Source: the human T2T-CHM13v2.0 reference genome, Homo sapiens
Length of the DNA: 64,000 nt
Reading direction: 5' to 3' (one strand)
Assembly: GCF_009914755.1 (NCBI RefSeq)
Contig: NC_060934.1
Shown here: piece after piece, positions 15,801-31,850 of the stretch
Numbering within the stretch: position 1 is the first letter of the stretch
Layout of the letters: each line of letters starts with the position of its first letter
Notes under the pieces: model-generated
Database searches by the model: none
What the model was told of the DNA's origin: nothing
The model's input: the letters and a program-made list of their open reading frames with translations, nothing else
Program-made: the position numbers and the translations under genes

Positions 15801-16450
15801 TTAGACTGCATGAAAGAGAGCAAGGATCACCTCTCCACATGCACAGTCCCTGAACAGAACTATCTCCTTTGATTCTTTATGAATATGTACAGTAGAATCA
15901 CAATAAGGCACATTAATATCAATTATTTGTTTCTGCACAATAATGTATTGAATTGACCTAGAGGCCTCCATCCACCCATCAGTTGGACTCAGGCACTATT
16001 TCTTTTTTTCTAATGGGGATTTATATGCCCCTTGTATCAGGGGGCTGAAATAGTTGCCAAGATAATATGCTATGCCCTGGCTTAGCAAGAAGAATATAAG
16101 CAGAGGCTACTGAATGAGGGTTGGTTGGTGGAGGGGGAGATTAGCCTCAGAAAGATGGCTGGGGCTTAAAAGGCTTTTTTGGTCCCCCTGGGTGGATGCC
16201 ACCTCATGCCTGGTATACCTTCAAACTCTTTCAAGTGTCGTGGCCCAGAGGTCTCTTTTTTAACCTCCTTTTCCCAATGTATATTCTCTTCCTTGCAACC
16301 TGCAGTGCCAACCCTGAGAACACAGAGGCTGTGGAGATTTTTTAATTTTGTCAAATGCAAGTATGAAAGTGAAGGATGCTTTGATCATTGCATTATCAAT
16401 TTAATACCACTGAGTTATCTATGATCCTGGCCTACAGGGGTCTTTGGCTT
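12900..16450 (-). mobile_element. Highly degraded class III (ERVL-type) endogenous retrovirus internal region, pol relic
   Basis: ORF 14588-14842 contains HGACHLQTSGIAEHWDNLMKSQL, resembling the integrase core (YHPQ.SG.IERWN.LLK.QL). RNase H-like WFTEV and SIQWAEL near 15200-15070. Boundaries approximate. Confidence 0.62.
15466..15662. repeat. Purine-rich (GAAG/GAAA)n low-complexity tract
   Basis: Direct reading. It explains the Phe/Leu/Ser-rich ORFs at 15411-15746. Confidence 0.92.
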
Positions 16451-19031
16451 AAATGAAATTTTTCTGCTTCTACGCAGCACGCTAGGCATGAGAAACTTCA
16501 ATTCTTGATGAGAATTTGAGACTAGAAATTTCTAAGGCAAAATCTTTTTTAATTAATAGAAATTATGATTGCCCAACTAAAGACTGAGCAAAATCTCTCA
16601 AATGTTCTCCTATCTTACACTCTCTGGAAAGATAGTTTCTGGTATTTTTGGAGGAAACCTGTCTATATATTAATATATGTCTAGAAAGATAGGTTGAGCT
16701 ATATTTTAGAAGTTGTTAAATACTACAGGATATTGGGTTGTATTCTTAAAACTATGAGAAAAAAAGAAAGCCTTTAACAATGACTTTAGATGATACATTT
16801 ATATTCCATTAAGATTACTCTAGCAGCATTAGAGCTCATTTTTTAATAAATAAAAAGGCTAGGATAAAGAATCTCCATTAAAAACCCATTAGAATAACCT
16901 TGAGCAGATATGTTGAAGTCTTAGGCCGGGGATGTAACTGTAGAAATGGAAAAATTACTCCTCTGGGGGGTAAATTAAAGAAAGATAAACAGGGCAAGCT
17001 GCCTGTTAATGGCATGGGAAAGGAGGTAAAGCAGAAGAAGCAGTGTGAGAAAAGTGTGGATGCCTTAGAGGAGGGTGGAGCCATTAAAAGGACCAGGATA
17101 CAAGTGAGCGACAACCTACTTGACAGGATTTGAGAGAAAGGGATAAAATAGACTGCGCTGAATTTGAAGTTTCTGTGCAACTTTAAGAGGAAATGCCAAT
17201 TGGTGGAGTGACTACATAATTTATCTACCATTCAAATGAGTATATTTTAAAGTGAAATGAATGCTTGTACGTAGTTATTAATAGCAATTGACATAAATTC
17301 AGACTATCCCAAGTGAGTTGGGATAGATTGCCAGCCCACATTGGGCGCTATATGGCAGTTGATCTCAGGAGAGAGATTCTAGTTGACATTTTTAACAATA
17401 GCGGTACATGTTAATAACACCCCAGAAAAATGTGTGGCGATGGATTTGCGTTTGTCTTTATTTACAGCAATTGGCATATCACTTCACAGTTTATTAAGAG
17501 TTTTATTGGATATCACCAGATTTGATAACTGAAACCTAAAAAGCAGGGAGGGAGGTCCCATCCTGCACTGGTAAAATATATCTGTTTCTTCTTATATCCT
17601 TCAAAATATTTAATACTATTTGAATACTGCAGTAAACTATAAGCTCCATGGAGGTTTTTCTTGTTCCAGCTAAAGCTATATATACCCCAAGAAGTAAATA
17701 CAAAATTCACTGTGACAAATGTATCATTTTGGAAGTTGTTAGGATGTAAATTATCTGACTCTCAGGAAAACATTTTGGTTCATGTTAATTGTGTCTTTGA
17801 GTCTACTTTCTGAGATGTGTTCTCTGAAGGAGAAAGAGAAAAGATTGTGGGAATAAAAGCAGGAAGAAACCTATAATTATATTGTATCATGATATCAAAT
17901 AGAATTAAAAATTTGAACATGTATAAGGACCCTCAGATAATTATAACACAGTAATCTAATCTTTGAAAGTCTTCAAATCTATTTCTCAGAAACAAATAGA
18001 ATGAAAAGCAGCTATCCTCTCTCCCAAGATTGCTATAGCAGACATGAGAAAGGGACAAGCGTCTTTATTTTTTTTATAGCTGATTTAAACCTTGCCAAAA
18101 TCCACTATCCAGATGCTCAGAGAAAAGATGTAAACATTTCAGTTAACAAGGTATCAATATTTTCTGGTTTAAACAGTCCACCTTTTAGTACGTGCTTAGA
18201 TATTCAGCTCCTCCCTCCCCACCTTTTGCAATCCAAGATGGTGTCTGAATATACTGCAGAGCTGCTCACTTTTTGCACATAATAATGTAGGAATAGGATC
18301 TTAAACGCAAGTGTAGTTATTTCTGCTCTTCAGGTTCTTGCTGGCTTCTGATGATACTTTCTGTGGTCCTCTGACCACTGTTCTACCTGCACACTTATGA
18401 TGTTAAGGTCTTCAGAGAGTGAACTTGTGACATGTTCTTTCAGCTTGGTCTAGATACTGTGGTCTTCCCTGTTGACCCAGGATGGCTTCAGCTCCTGCTG
18501 GCAATAGTTATACCCTGGAAGTCTCTCTGAAACATTTGTCCATTCCCAATTTCTCCTTGTAACACTTGAGCCTTTCCATACAGACCTAACTCAAAGCCTA
18601 CTAAGGTCGCACCTTGCACGTTCTCATCTCTTCCACATTCATGCATAGAATTTGTGAGAACATCTGTACAACTTCCATATAATGTGACATTGAGGGTAGA
18701 CTCCCAGGAGCTAAACTCTGGCCTCTGTCTGCCTATCTAGCTACTGTTTATACACTGACTAGCTTGTCCAGGTTGGCATAACCACCCCCCTCCCACCCCA
18801 CCCCACCCCACACACAAAGAAAATGTCCTCAATGTCTTAAACAGGGAATCAGATGAAAAACTCCTGTGTTTCACCATTCAGAGACTGGGGGACAGGGCGA
18901 AAAGGAGAGGGAAAATAACATTGCATACATGTCACCACCTTCTCCTTCTCACAATCTACCCAAAGATGGAATAAGCAGGTTTTCTGTTTCCTATTCCTGG
19001 CTACATGAGATTTCTCCTAAGTCTATCCCCC

Positions 19032-19205
19032 TTTTTTTTTTTTTTTTTCTTTTTTCTGAGTTGGAGTCTCACTCTGTCACCCAGGCTGAAGTGCAGTGGC
19101 ATGAACAAGACTCACAGCAGCCTCCAATTTCTGGGCTCAAGGGATCCTCTCTCTTCAGCCTCCCTGGTATATGGGATTATAAGCCTGATCCACTGCACCC
19201 AAACC
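19032..19205 (-). mobile_element. Old Alu monomer (FAM/FRAM-like)
   Basis: Single diverged Alu arm with A tail, abutting the L1 target-site duplication. Confidence 0.7.
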
Positions 19206-19440
19206 CCTTTCTTTCTTTTTTTTAAATTTATTATTATTATACTTTAAGTTTTAGGGTACATGTGCACAATGTGGAGGTTAGTTACATACGTATACATGTG
19301 CCATGCTGGTAAGCCGCACCCACTAACTCGTCATCTAGCATTAGGTATATCTCCCAGTGCTATCCCTCCCCCCTCCCCCCACCCCACAACAGTCCCCAGA
19401 GTGTGATGTTCCCCTTCCTGTGTCCATGTGTTCTCATTGT

Positions 19441-23260
<3,820 letters not shown>

Positions 23261-23323
23261 TATGATGTTAGCTGGTTATTTTGCTCGTTAGTTCATGCAG
23301 TTTCTTCCTAGTCTCAATGGTTT

Positions 23324-24340
23324 TTACACTTTGGCATGTTTTTGCAGCAGCTGGTACCGGTTGTTCCTTTCCATGTTTAGCGCTTCCTTCAGGAGCTCTT
23401 TTAGGGCAGGCCTGGTGGTGACAAAATCTCTCAGCATTTGCTTGTCTGTAAAGTATTTTATTTCTCCTTCAATTATGAAGCTTAGTTTGGCTGGATATGA
23501 AGTTCTGGGTTGAAAATTCTTTTCTTTAAGAATGTAGAATATTGGCCCCCACTCTCTTCTGGCTTGTAGAGTTTCTGCTGAGAGATCCGCTGTTAGTCTG
23601 ATGGGCTTCCCTTTGTGGGTAACCCGACCTTTGTCTCTGGCTGTCCTTAACATTTTTTCCTTCATTTCAACTTTGGTGAATCTGACAATTATGTGTCTTG
23701 GAGTTGCTCTTCTCGAGGAGTATCTTTGTGGCATTCTCTGTATTTCCTGAATCTGAATGTTGGCCTGCCTTGCTAGATTGGGGAAGTTCCCCTGGATAAT
23801 ATCCTGCAGAGTGTTTTCCAACTTGGTTCCATTCTCCCTGTCACTTTCAGGTACACCAGTCAGACGTAGATTTGGTCTTTTCACATAGTCCCATATTTCT
23901 TGGAGGCTTTGCTCGTTTCTTTTTATTCTTTTTTCTCTAAACTTCCCTTCTCGCTTCATTTCATTCACTTCATCTTCCATCGCTGATACCCTTTCTTCCA
24001 GTTGATCGCATCGGCTCCTGAGGCTTCTGCATTCTTCACGTAGTTCTCGAGCCTTGTCTTTCAGCTCCATCAGCTCCTTTAAGCACTTCTCTGGATTGGT
24101 TATTCTAGTTATACATTCTTCTAAACTTTTTTCAAAGTTTTCAACTTCTTTGCCTTTGGTTTGAATTTCCTCCTGTAGCTCGGAGTAATTTGATCGTCTG
24201 AAGCCTTCTTCTCTCAGCTCGTCAAAGTCATTCTCCGTCTAGCTTTGTTCCATTGCTGGTGAGGAACTGCGTTCCTTTGGAGGAGGAGAGGCACTCTCCT
24301 TTTTAGAGTTTCCAGTTTTTCTGCTCTGTTTTTTCCCCAT
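23324..24340 (-). pseudogene. L1 ORF1 with premature stop at codon 34
   Basis: ATG at 24340 (MGKKQSRKTGNSK...), TAG at 24241-24239 where L1 ORF1p has Trp. The remainder is open (ORF 23324-24070). Confidence 0.92.
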
Positions 24341-24764
24341 CTTTGTGGTTTTATCTACTTTTGGTGTTTGATGATGGTGATGTACAGATGGGTTTTTGGT
24401 GTGGATGTCCTTTCTGTTTGTTAGTTTTCCTTCTAACAGATAGGACCCTCAGCTGCAGGACTGTTGGAGTACCCGGCCGTGTGAGGTGTCAGTCTGCTCC
24501 TGCTGAGGGGTGCCTCCCAGTTAGGCTGCTCGGGGGTCAGGGGTCAGGGACCCACTTGAGGAAACAGTCTGCCCGTTCTCAGATCTCCAGCTGCGTGCTG
24601 GGAGAACCACTGCTCTCTTCGAAGCTCAGATGGAAATGCAGAAATCACCCGTCTTCTGCGTCGCTCACGCTAGGAGCTGTAGACCGGAGCTGTTCCTCTT
24701 GGGCCATCTTGGCTCCTCCACCCCTTTCTTTCGTGAAGTGATTTTCCCCCTGCACACTTATGTA

Positions 24765-24950
24765 GTGTCTATTATATGCAAGAGTTGTTCTAAAAGCTTT
24801 ACAAAAATTAACTAATTTAATCCTCATAATAGCCCATAGGATAAATACTATTATTTTTCTCATTTTACAGATAAAGGATTTAGCTAGATAGTAGTAAAGC
24901 CAGGATTTGGACCAATGCGATCTTGCTCAAATCAAAGCTTAATCACTAGG
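24765..24950 (-). mobile_element. MIR remnant
   Basis: tttaatcctcataatagccc...cattttacagataaagg...gccaggatttg core. Confidence 0.7.
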
Positions 24951-25717
24951 CTGTGTTTCTTCTTTGTTAGGTGGTTAGGTGGCATGACTGTGAGAAAATA
25001 TGAATTACACATTCATTAATTTAATATTTTCAAAATATTATTTAAGCTCATTTTTTTCCTAAGGTATCAAAATGAACAAGAGGATATGGGAAGATTGTGT
25101 AAGTCCTGAAGATGGTGAGAGATGAAAAAGAGGAGAAATCCACAGTAGAAGAATAGGTGGTGCTAACTTAAACACGAAAAAGAAGAGTACATAATAACAT
25201 TAAGAAATGGTCCTTGGGCTTAACAATAGAAAGGTCCATTAATACATTCATTAGTGAACTAAAGTTTGAATCCAGGCCTTCTATGCTGAAATTTTCTCCT
25301 GCTTCCTATTCTTCATATTCATTATGAAGTCCGCTTTTCATCTTATATATAACATTTAAGTGCTCTTCTCTCTTGTTTAGATTTGTTTGAAGTGATTGCA
25401 AATTGTCTATGTGATAAGACAGAAATAGGTTTATTAATGATTTAGTTCTTGCCTAAAACATAGGTTTATTTTTCTATTTCCTAACCCCACACCATGCAAT
25501 TGCATTTTATGAAAATGTGAAACTGAATTATTGGTAGTTTTCTTTAAATATGTCCCTTAATTCCCTTACATTTCTGGCCTTTGCACAAAATGGCCTTTCT
25601 GCTTAATGAGCATCTTACTGAATTCTCTTGGTCTCTCCTCTTTTCCCATTGTATGCACAGGCTTGTCTCTTTGACCACTTTCTGTGGTCCTTTAGGCATC
25701 AGCCTTCTTGTGAAGAC

Positions 25718-26013
25718 TTTCTTTCTTTTTTTTTTTTTTTTTTTGAGAAAGAATCTCCCTCTGTCATCCAGACTGAGTGCAGTGGCATGAGCATAGCTCA
25801 CTGTAACCTCACAATCCTCGTTTCCAGTGATCCTCCTGCCTCACCCTCCCAAGTAGCTAAGACTATAGGCATGTACCACCATGCCTTGCTAACTTTTTTT
25901 TTTTCTTGTAGAGACAGGTTCTTGCTATATTGCCTAAGCTAATCTCAAATTCTTGGGTTCAAACAATTCTCCTTCCTTGACCTACCAAAATGCATGAGCC
26001 ACCACATCCAGCC
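25718..26013 (-). mobile_element. AluJ-type
   Basis: Diverged dimer with catagctcactgtaacctc, an AluJ-like feature. Confidence 0.85.
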
Positions 26014-26094
26014 AAGATTTTTGATTTCCAGAGAAAGTTTCTGCTTCCTTTTTTGAGAATGAAAGTAGTTACTATTAACAATTGCACTAGTACA

Positions 26095-26302
26095 ACACAT
26101 GTAAGCCAAGTCTATACTGGCTTGCAAGAACCAATTTTGAAATTTTCAAGAATTCAGCAAACTGGCTATTAAGCCCATCAGTGGCTTGAAATTGACTATG
26201 GTGGGTGTATTTGTATCATGGAAATCTACAAACACAACAAATCTGTTTTTGTTATTGTTTTGTATTGTTCTTCTGGAGAGCTGGTTTATCAGCACATCTA
26301 TG
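26095..26302 (+). mobile_element. hAT DNA transposon remnant (MER63A-like)
   Basis: tactggcttgcaagaaccaatt...gcttgaaattgactatggtggg...gagagctggtttatcagcaca. Confidence 0.65.
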
Positions 26303-29300
26303 AAAATAATACATCTATCATACAAATATATAAGTATTAATATAAAATGATAATATGGTTAATGTAATTAAGGTAACTTAGGCAAACAATTAAGGTGATG
26401 CTATATTCTTCATATTTTTACCCACTTTATAAAAGACAGTTTCATTTCTCTAAAAAAATTTCCCTATAGTCAGGCTAGAACTTCAAGGGAAAAAAATCTG
26501 TATTCTGAAGAATTAGGTCTGCATTTACATACGCTATCATCAGCAAACAGCACAGTTATAGAACTATGAAAATTGCAGACCTTTACAACCTGGCCTTTGA
26601 TTAATGACTTAATTAAAGTAGGATTAATATAAATCTTTTGGCAAGAAAGAATGCTAGTGAAAGTGGAAAATATTCTGGCAATTTACCCTTTTAGCAATCA
26701 TTGTAAGAGGCATTGATAACAGGATGATAGAGTCAAACACTTGAAGAACTCCTGGAGGAAAGGCTGATGTTTGCAAGCTATGCAAAAAGAAACAAGAAGC
26801 AAAGAAATAAAATTTGAATGACCACTACTAAGCCAATGTATAATATAACATACTTTTAATAAAGACCCTTAGCAAAAATTTCTCTCAGGTCTTGGTAGCG
26901 GGCAAAGCTGACTTTCCATCATTAATTGTTTCTAACTTTATGCACACTATGAATCTTGTAACTAATCCTGTTTGTTTTCCTTTTTTGATCTGATGTCTGG
27001 GAGATTAGAGCTATATTTGTAGCCTAAATATTTAATGTATGGAACCATGAGGGCATAAGTGTGAATGCTAACCCAAGTCCCACGTTTACTCTTCTCTATC
27101 TTTATTTTCCTTTTGTCTAATTCTTTTACCTTTATTTCTTCTTTTGTAGTGTATGCATTTTTGTAAATCACCCTAAGACCTTTTTATTCTGAAATGGGGT
27201 CTAAATAAATAGCACAGGCATGAGATGGGCACAGCAGCTAGTTCTGTAAACCACAGTTGCAGTGCTGGTTTCAAGGGACTATTGTGCCCATTATTTCAGC
27301 TTCTGCTAAAAAAGGCCCTAGCATACTGATATCCAAACTAATTTTGTAGTTATGAAAATTAAATAAAAAAGGTTGGGATGTGATCAATGTAATATGGTAA
27401 CAAAGGAATTACTAGAGGCCAAGATTTATCCTTCAAGCCCCCCTGTAGTTACTAACATTGGAAAATGACTGGTTAATGACATGCTGGTTGCTTGGGCAAA
27501 TTATGTCTTCCTTGATGTCAAGGACAATGATTCTTTGGGTAAACTTTTCTCCCAGTAACAGGAATACGATGGTAACCTAATGATGCAGTATAGATGCTTA
27601 TTTTTAGCCTATACTATTACTCCACAATCTAAGTTATAGTTACGATAGTTCAACTATACATGTTAGTGTAAATAAGGCTTTACATATTAATTTTAACAGT
27701 CATATAGTATGTGTGATTTACTTTTAAAAGGCAAACATTTGTTCCATCAGAATATATACCTTTAGGCTATGTATTTAGCCATCATCACTCAGAAAGACCC
27801 CAAAATGTCTTAATATTATGTGAATGAGTGCTTGTACCTCTGGAGAAAAGCTGTGGCATCTAATATTGATGTTAATTCAACGGGATAAATAAAATACGAC
27901 ATGTAAGAGTCCATAAAATCAATATGTTGATATTGATATACTGTTTTATTTCTATGAATTTAAGTGTTTTTGTACCTAAACTAATTTAAATATAAGTATG
28001 TATTGATTTATATCATTTATATACACTTTAGCTAGCTAAAATGCCCCCTTTTCTTCTCATTGGACTATAACTGATATTTTTACAAGGTTAGAAAATTCAG
28101 AATCCTTTATAGAAGATGGCAAGGTAAAGAAATTTGATGGGGAATAGGAAACAAAGGGGATACATACAGAGTTACAGATATTGATATTTTAAAATCAGCT
28201 TTTGTCCGTAGGCTTATTTGTGTAAATAATTCTGCTGGGATTAGAGAGAAATAATAGGTAAACACGGCCTAGATTTTGAAATAAACCTAGCCTGTTTCAC
28301 AACAAATCCAAAAGAGCCAGTGTTAATTCAGCAATTACTCTACATTAAAGGCATATTTAGGGTAAGTACTTAAATTGAAATGTGACATATTTTAGGACAG
28401 ACTTCTAAGTATTTCTTTGCATTCACAGACATGAAGCCGCTGAAGTCTTCAGTGTAGCCCAGACTTTGTGTGGTGCTCTTTTTAACAGTGTTCACTTTTT
28501 AAAATTTTAAACTATGCAATAGGCCAATTCAAAAGACAAAAAAATACTACAGTTTTATTTTACTTCTCTTTAAAAACATATACATGTATTAGCATGGGGA
28601 AGATATTGTATTTTCTTATAACTTAAAATATCTACTATGTAAGGTAGGTAAATAAAATTTACACTGGCATTTAGCCGGACAATACTAGAATCTGGCTAAA
28701 TCTGTGGAGAAGAACATGAAGGCAATTTTGTAATCTTTAATTCTGTACATATACCTTTATAGAAATCACAATATGTTCAGATTAAATATCTGATTTTAGC
28801 TCTTAATTGAAGTGGATGTTATTATTGCCATTTTACAATTTTTACTATAGGGATAAATTATAAAATGATGTGCCAAAGGTTACATGGTGATAGGGCTAGA
28901 AGTAATTCATTCTATTTAATGCAATATTTTTCTCAGCAGCTGTTGTTTATGCAAATAGTCATGCTGGGCACTGGAAATACATGGTATACAAAATTCTGTT
29001 CTAACAGTTGTAGAGAAAAAAGGCAATAGACCAAGAATTCTGTCTATGTCCAAGTTGGCTGTTTTAGAAAATTTATTTCTCTCATTCCTGATTATTTGAG
29101 ATAAAAGACAACTGAAATTATTATATCATCAACTGCATTAGAAACTCAGGAAGCTGCATGTGACCAGAGAAATAGGAGCATATTTTAACAGAGAAAAAAG
29201 AGACAGAGAGAGGGTGGGTGTTGGGGGTAGAGAGAGATAAATTATGAGTCTCTGAAACGTCAGACTCAACCATGTTAAAATATGTAATTTCACGTTGACT

Positions 29301-29662
29301 CTGCTTCTTGCCACATTTATGCTGCCATTTAGCATTTCTATAAACATAATAAACTGATCATATGTGAAAACCTTAATGTTTATGTAATTACAATTTTTTT
29401 ATATATAAATGAATAGGTGGTATGTTAGGAAACAGTTTCCATTTTTCTTAGAACTTTGTGGCATGAGTACATGATTGAAATGGGAAAAGAATGGGTAGAA
29501 GTTTTAAGATACACTTCTTTCCTCCACATTGTTCTAAGATAAGAGGTTGCAGAGCAGGCTTTTATTATCAGGCTGAAATACTCAACATGTAAATGTGAAA
29601 ATAGTTACTGATTTTTATCCCCACCTGACAGAGTAATGAGAAATCATCTTTTCAAATGAAAA

Positions 29663-29668
29663 TTTATT
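29663..29668 (-). terminator. PCDH15: Distal polyadenylation signal candidate ending a long (~3.8 kb) CD3 3' UTR
   Basis: AATAAA on the minus strand. The distance fits my recollection of the annotated gene end (unverified), and the intervening sequence is poor in repeats. Confidence 0.55.
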
Positions 29669-31669
29669 TTTGAAACATTGTGTAGTGAATAACAATGCAT
29701 TTTAACTTAAAACTTCTAATTCAGATTCTTATACAGTAACATAATATTTGTTAAGGAAGAACAGGTATTTGGATAAAGAAATTGGGAAAGCAGTGAAGGT
29801 GTTGATAGATTTTTCAAACTATAGACAATGTTCGAATCTTCCATACATGTGCTTAACTGACCATAAATTTAAAGTAGATTGCAATGAAAAAAATACCAGT
29901 CTATAACTAAAGCTTCTTATGATAAAGATCAAAATTAACTATTGAAAACCAATAAAAAAAATAGAACAAAAATTTCACATACCATTTGGGAATAGAAAGA
30001 AACTATCTATAAAATGTGTAAGTCCTCAACATTATTTTGAACCTATCCTTCAGCCTTATCGCTGTGTAATTTGCAGGCACCAATAGGCATCTGCCCTGAG
30101 AATAGATTATTAGCACTTTTTGCCTATTTTGCTAATTAAATTCAAGTGGTATATAAATCCCACTTAAGGTATAAAGTGCAGAAGGTGAAGCAGAGAAAGA
30201 GAAAAATCAAAGCTCATGAAATAAAAGACAGAAAATGTCTTCCCTCGAGAGTCAATATTCAATTACTTCTGGCTCTATGATATAAAAATGTTTTTAAATA
30301 ATATTTTAATGGTAACTACTGAATCACCTTTGGAACAACCACTTAAGTAAATAATAGTCTTTAACATCCCTGTGAACAATGTGGTAAAATAACATGAATG
30401 ACATATCACATATAAAATTCAAGGCAAACTTTCTTCTGTATTTTAAAAAGATGGTTTTGGCCAACCTACGGTTGCAATTCTATGACAACTCTCAGAGTCT
30501 GTAATTAATGAGAAAGACAAATTGAGAGAGGGAGATTAACACCTGTGATTCGATGGTCATTAAGTCACAAATGTCCTATGTCACTCTGACCATATTTTCT
30601 CATTCTTCCTCTGCTTTCCCTTAATGCCCACAAGACCTTCTAAAATCAACGGGTTGCAATATTAGTCATTACATCATTCTGTTCTCACCTCGATTAGCCA
30701 AGACCTGCTGTTTCTTCTGCCTGATTGAAGCTAGTGCTGATTGAGAACAACAAGAAAACCTTCCTACACCTTCCTAGGAAAAATAACAACCAATTTCTTT
30801 ATAAATATTTACATTGAAACGTTATTTATATGAAGTATTCTTAAGATTAAACATACCTGGGTATTTCCTCTGGGTTCCACAGTTTTAATCCTGAGTCAGG
30901 GATTTATAGACTAGTGAAAGTTCTATGAAAGTAACTATTTAATTGATCCAGATTTATTTAGTTAGTAATAATTTTGCTGCTCTACGTTACCCAAAAATAT
31001 ACTGACCAAATATTTGGTTTGGTTGCTCTGTGTAAATTCTGCTTCTCTTTATACTATCTCCATTAAGTAACAGATGATTGACCTCATGATTGTTTTTACT
31101 GAAATGATCAAGTTTAAATTACTGAAATGTGTCTGCTAAGTGGCTTGTAAAATTTTGCATATTTTCTCATAAAAAATGTAGTTTAAAATACAGTGACATC
31201 TCATATGTCAGGCCACTAGACTTCTGCCAACATCATATTTCCAAATCTACTGGTAACCAAAGAAAGCGTCTAAGAGTCGCAAAACATTTGGTTGAATCCG
31301 TGTACCTAATTCCCATCTTAAGCTTCATGATTTTTCAACATTAAGAAAACAAACAAAAAACACAAACTTTCCCATCAGGATACTAGAAGCTATAAACTGA
31401 AAGAAAAAAATGTGAGAAAGGCACAACAACAGAATAAGTTAAATGTCACAGCCAGAAATCAAAGGACAAAAACGCAGCCATGAAGCTGTATATAGAGAGA
31501 ATATCAAGGGATGCTGACTGAGATGATCTGGGGGTATCAAGATAATATTAAATTATATTCGATGACCTCTGATTGAATTAGTAGGGAAATATATGCTTAA
31601 TCTAATTCCTATACAAAGTATCCTATACTAAAAACCATTGCTTTGGTGCCTGAAGGAATAAGCCCCGGA

Positions 31670-31798
31670 CTTCATTGCTTCCAAAATTTAATGTGCATAT
31701 AAACCACCTTAGGATCTTTTGAAAATGTGGATGCTTGTTTGGCAGGCCAGGAGGTGTGGTCATGATTCTACGTTTCTAATCTAGCTAATGCCACTAGG

Positions 31799-31831
<33 letters not shown>

Positions 31832-31850
31832 TTGGCAAGGGTATGGAATG
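31670..31850. mobile_element. MER5-like hAT remnant in the long CD3 3' UTR region
   Basis: aaatttaatgtgcatataaaccaccttaggatcttttgaaaatgtggatg pattern. Confidence 0.55.

Noticed and set aside
18785-18810. G-quadruplex-capable GGGGT repeat on the minus strand
   Set aside because: Isolated intergenic low-complexity tract with no linked feature.
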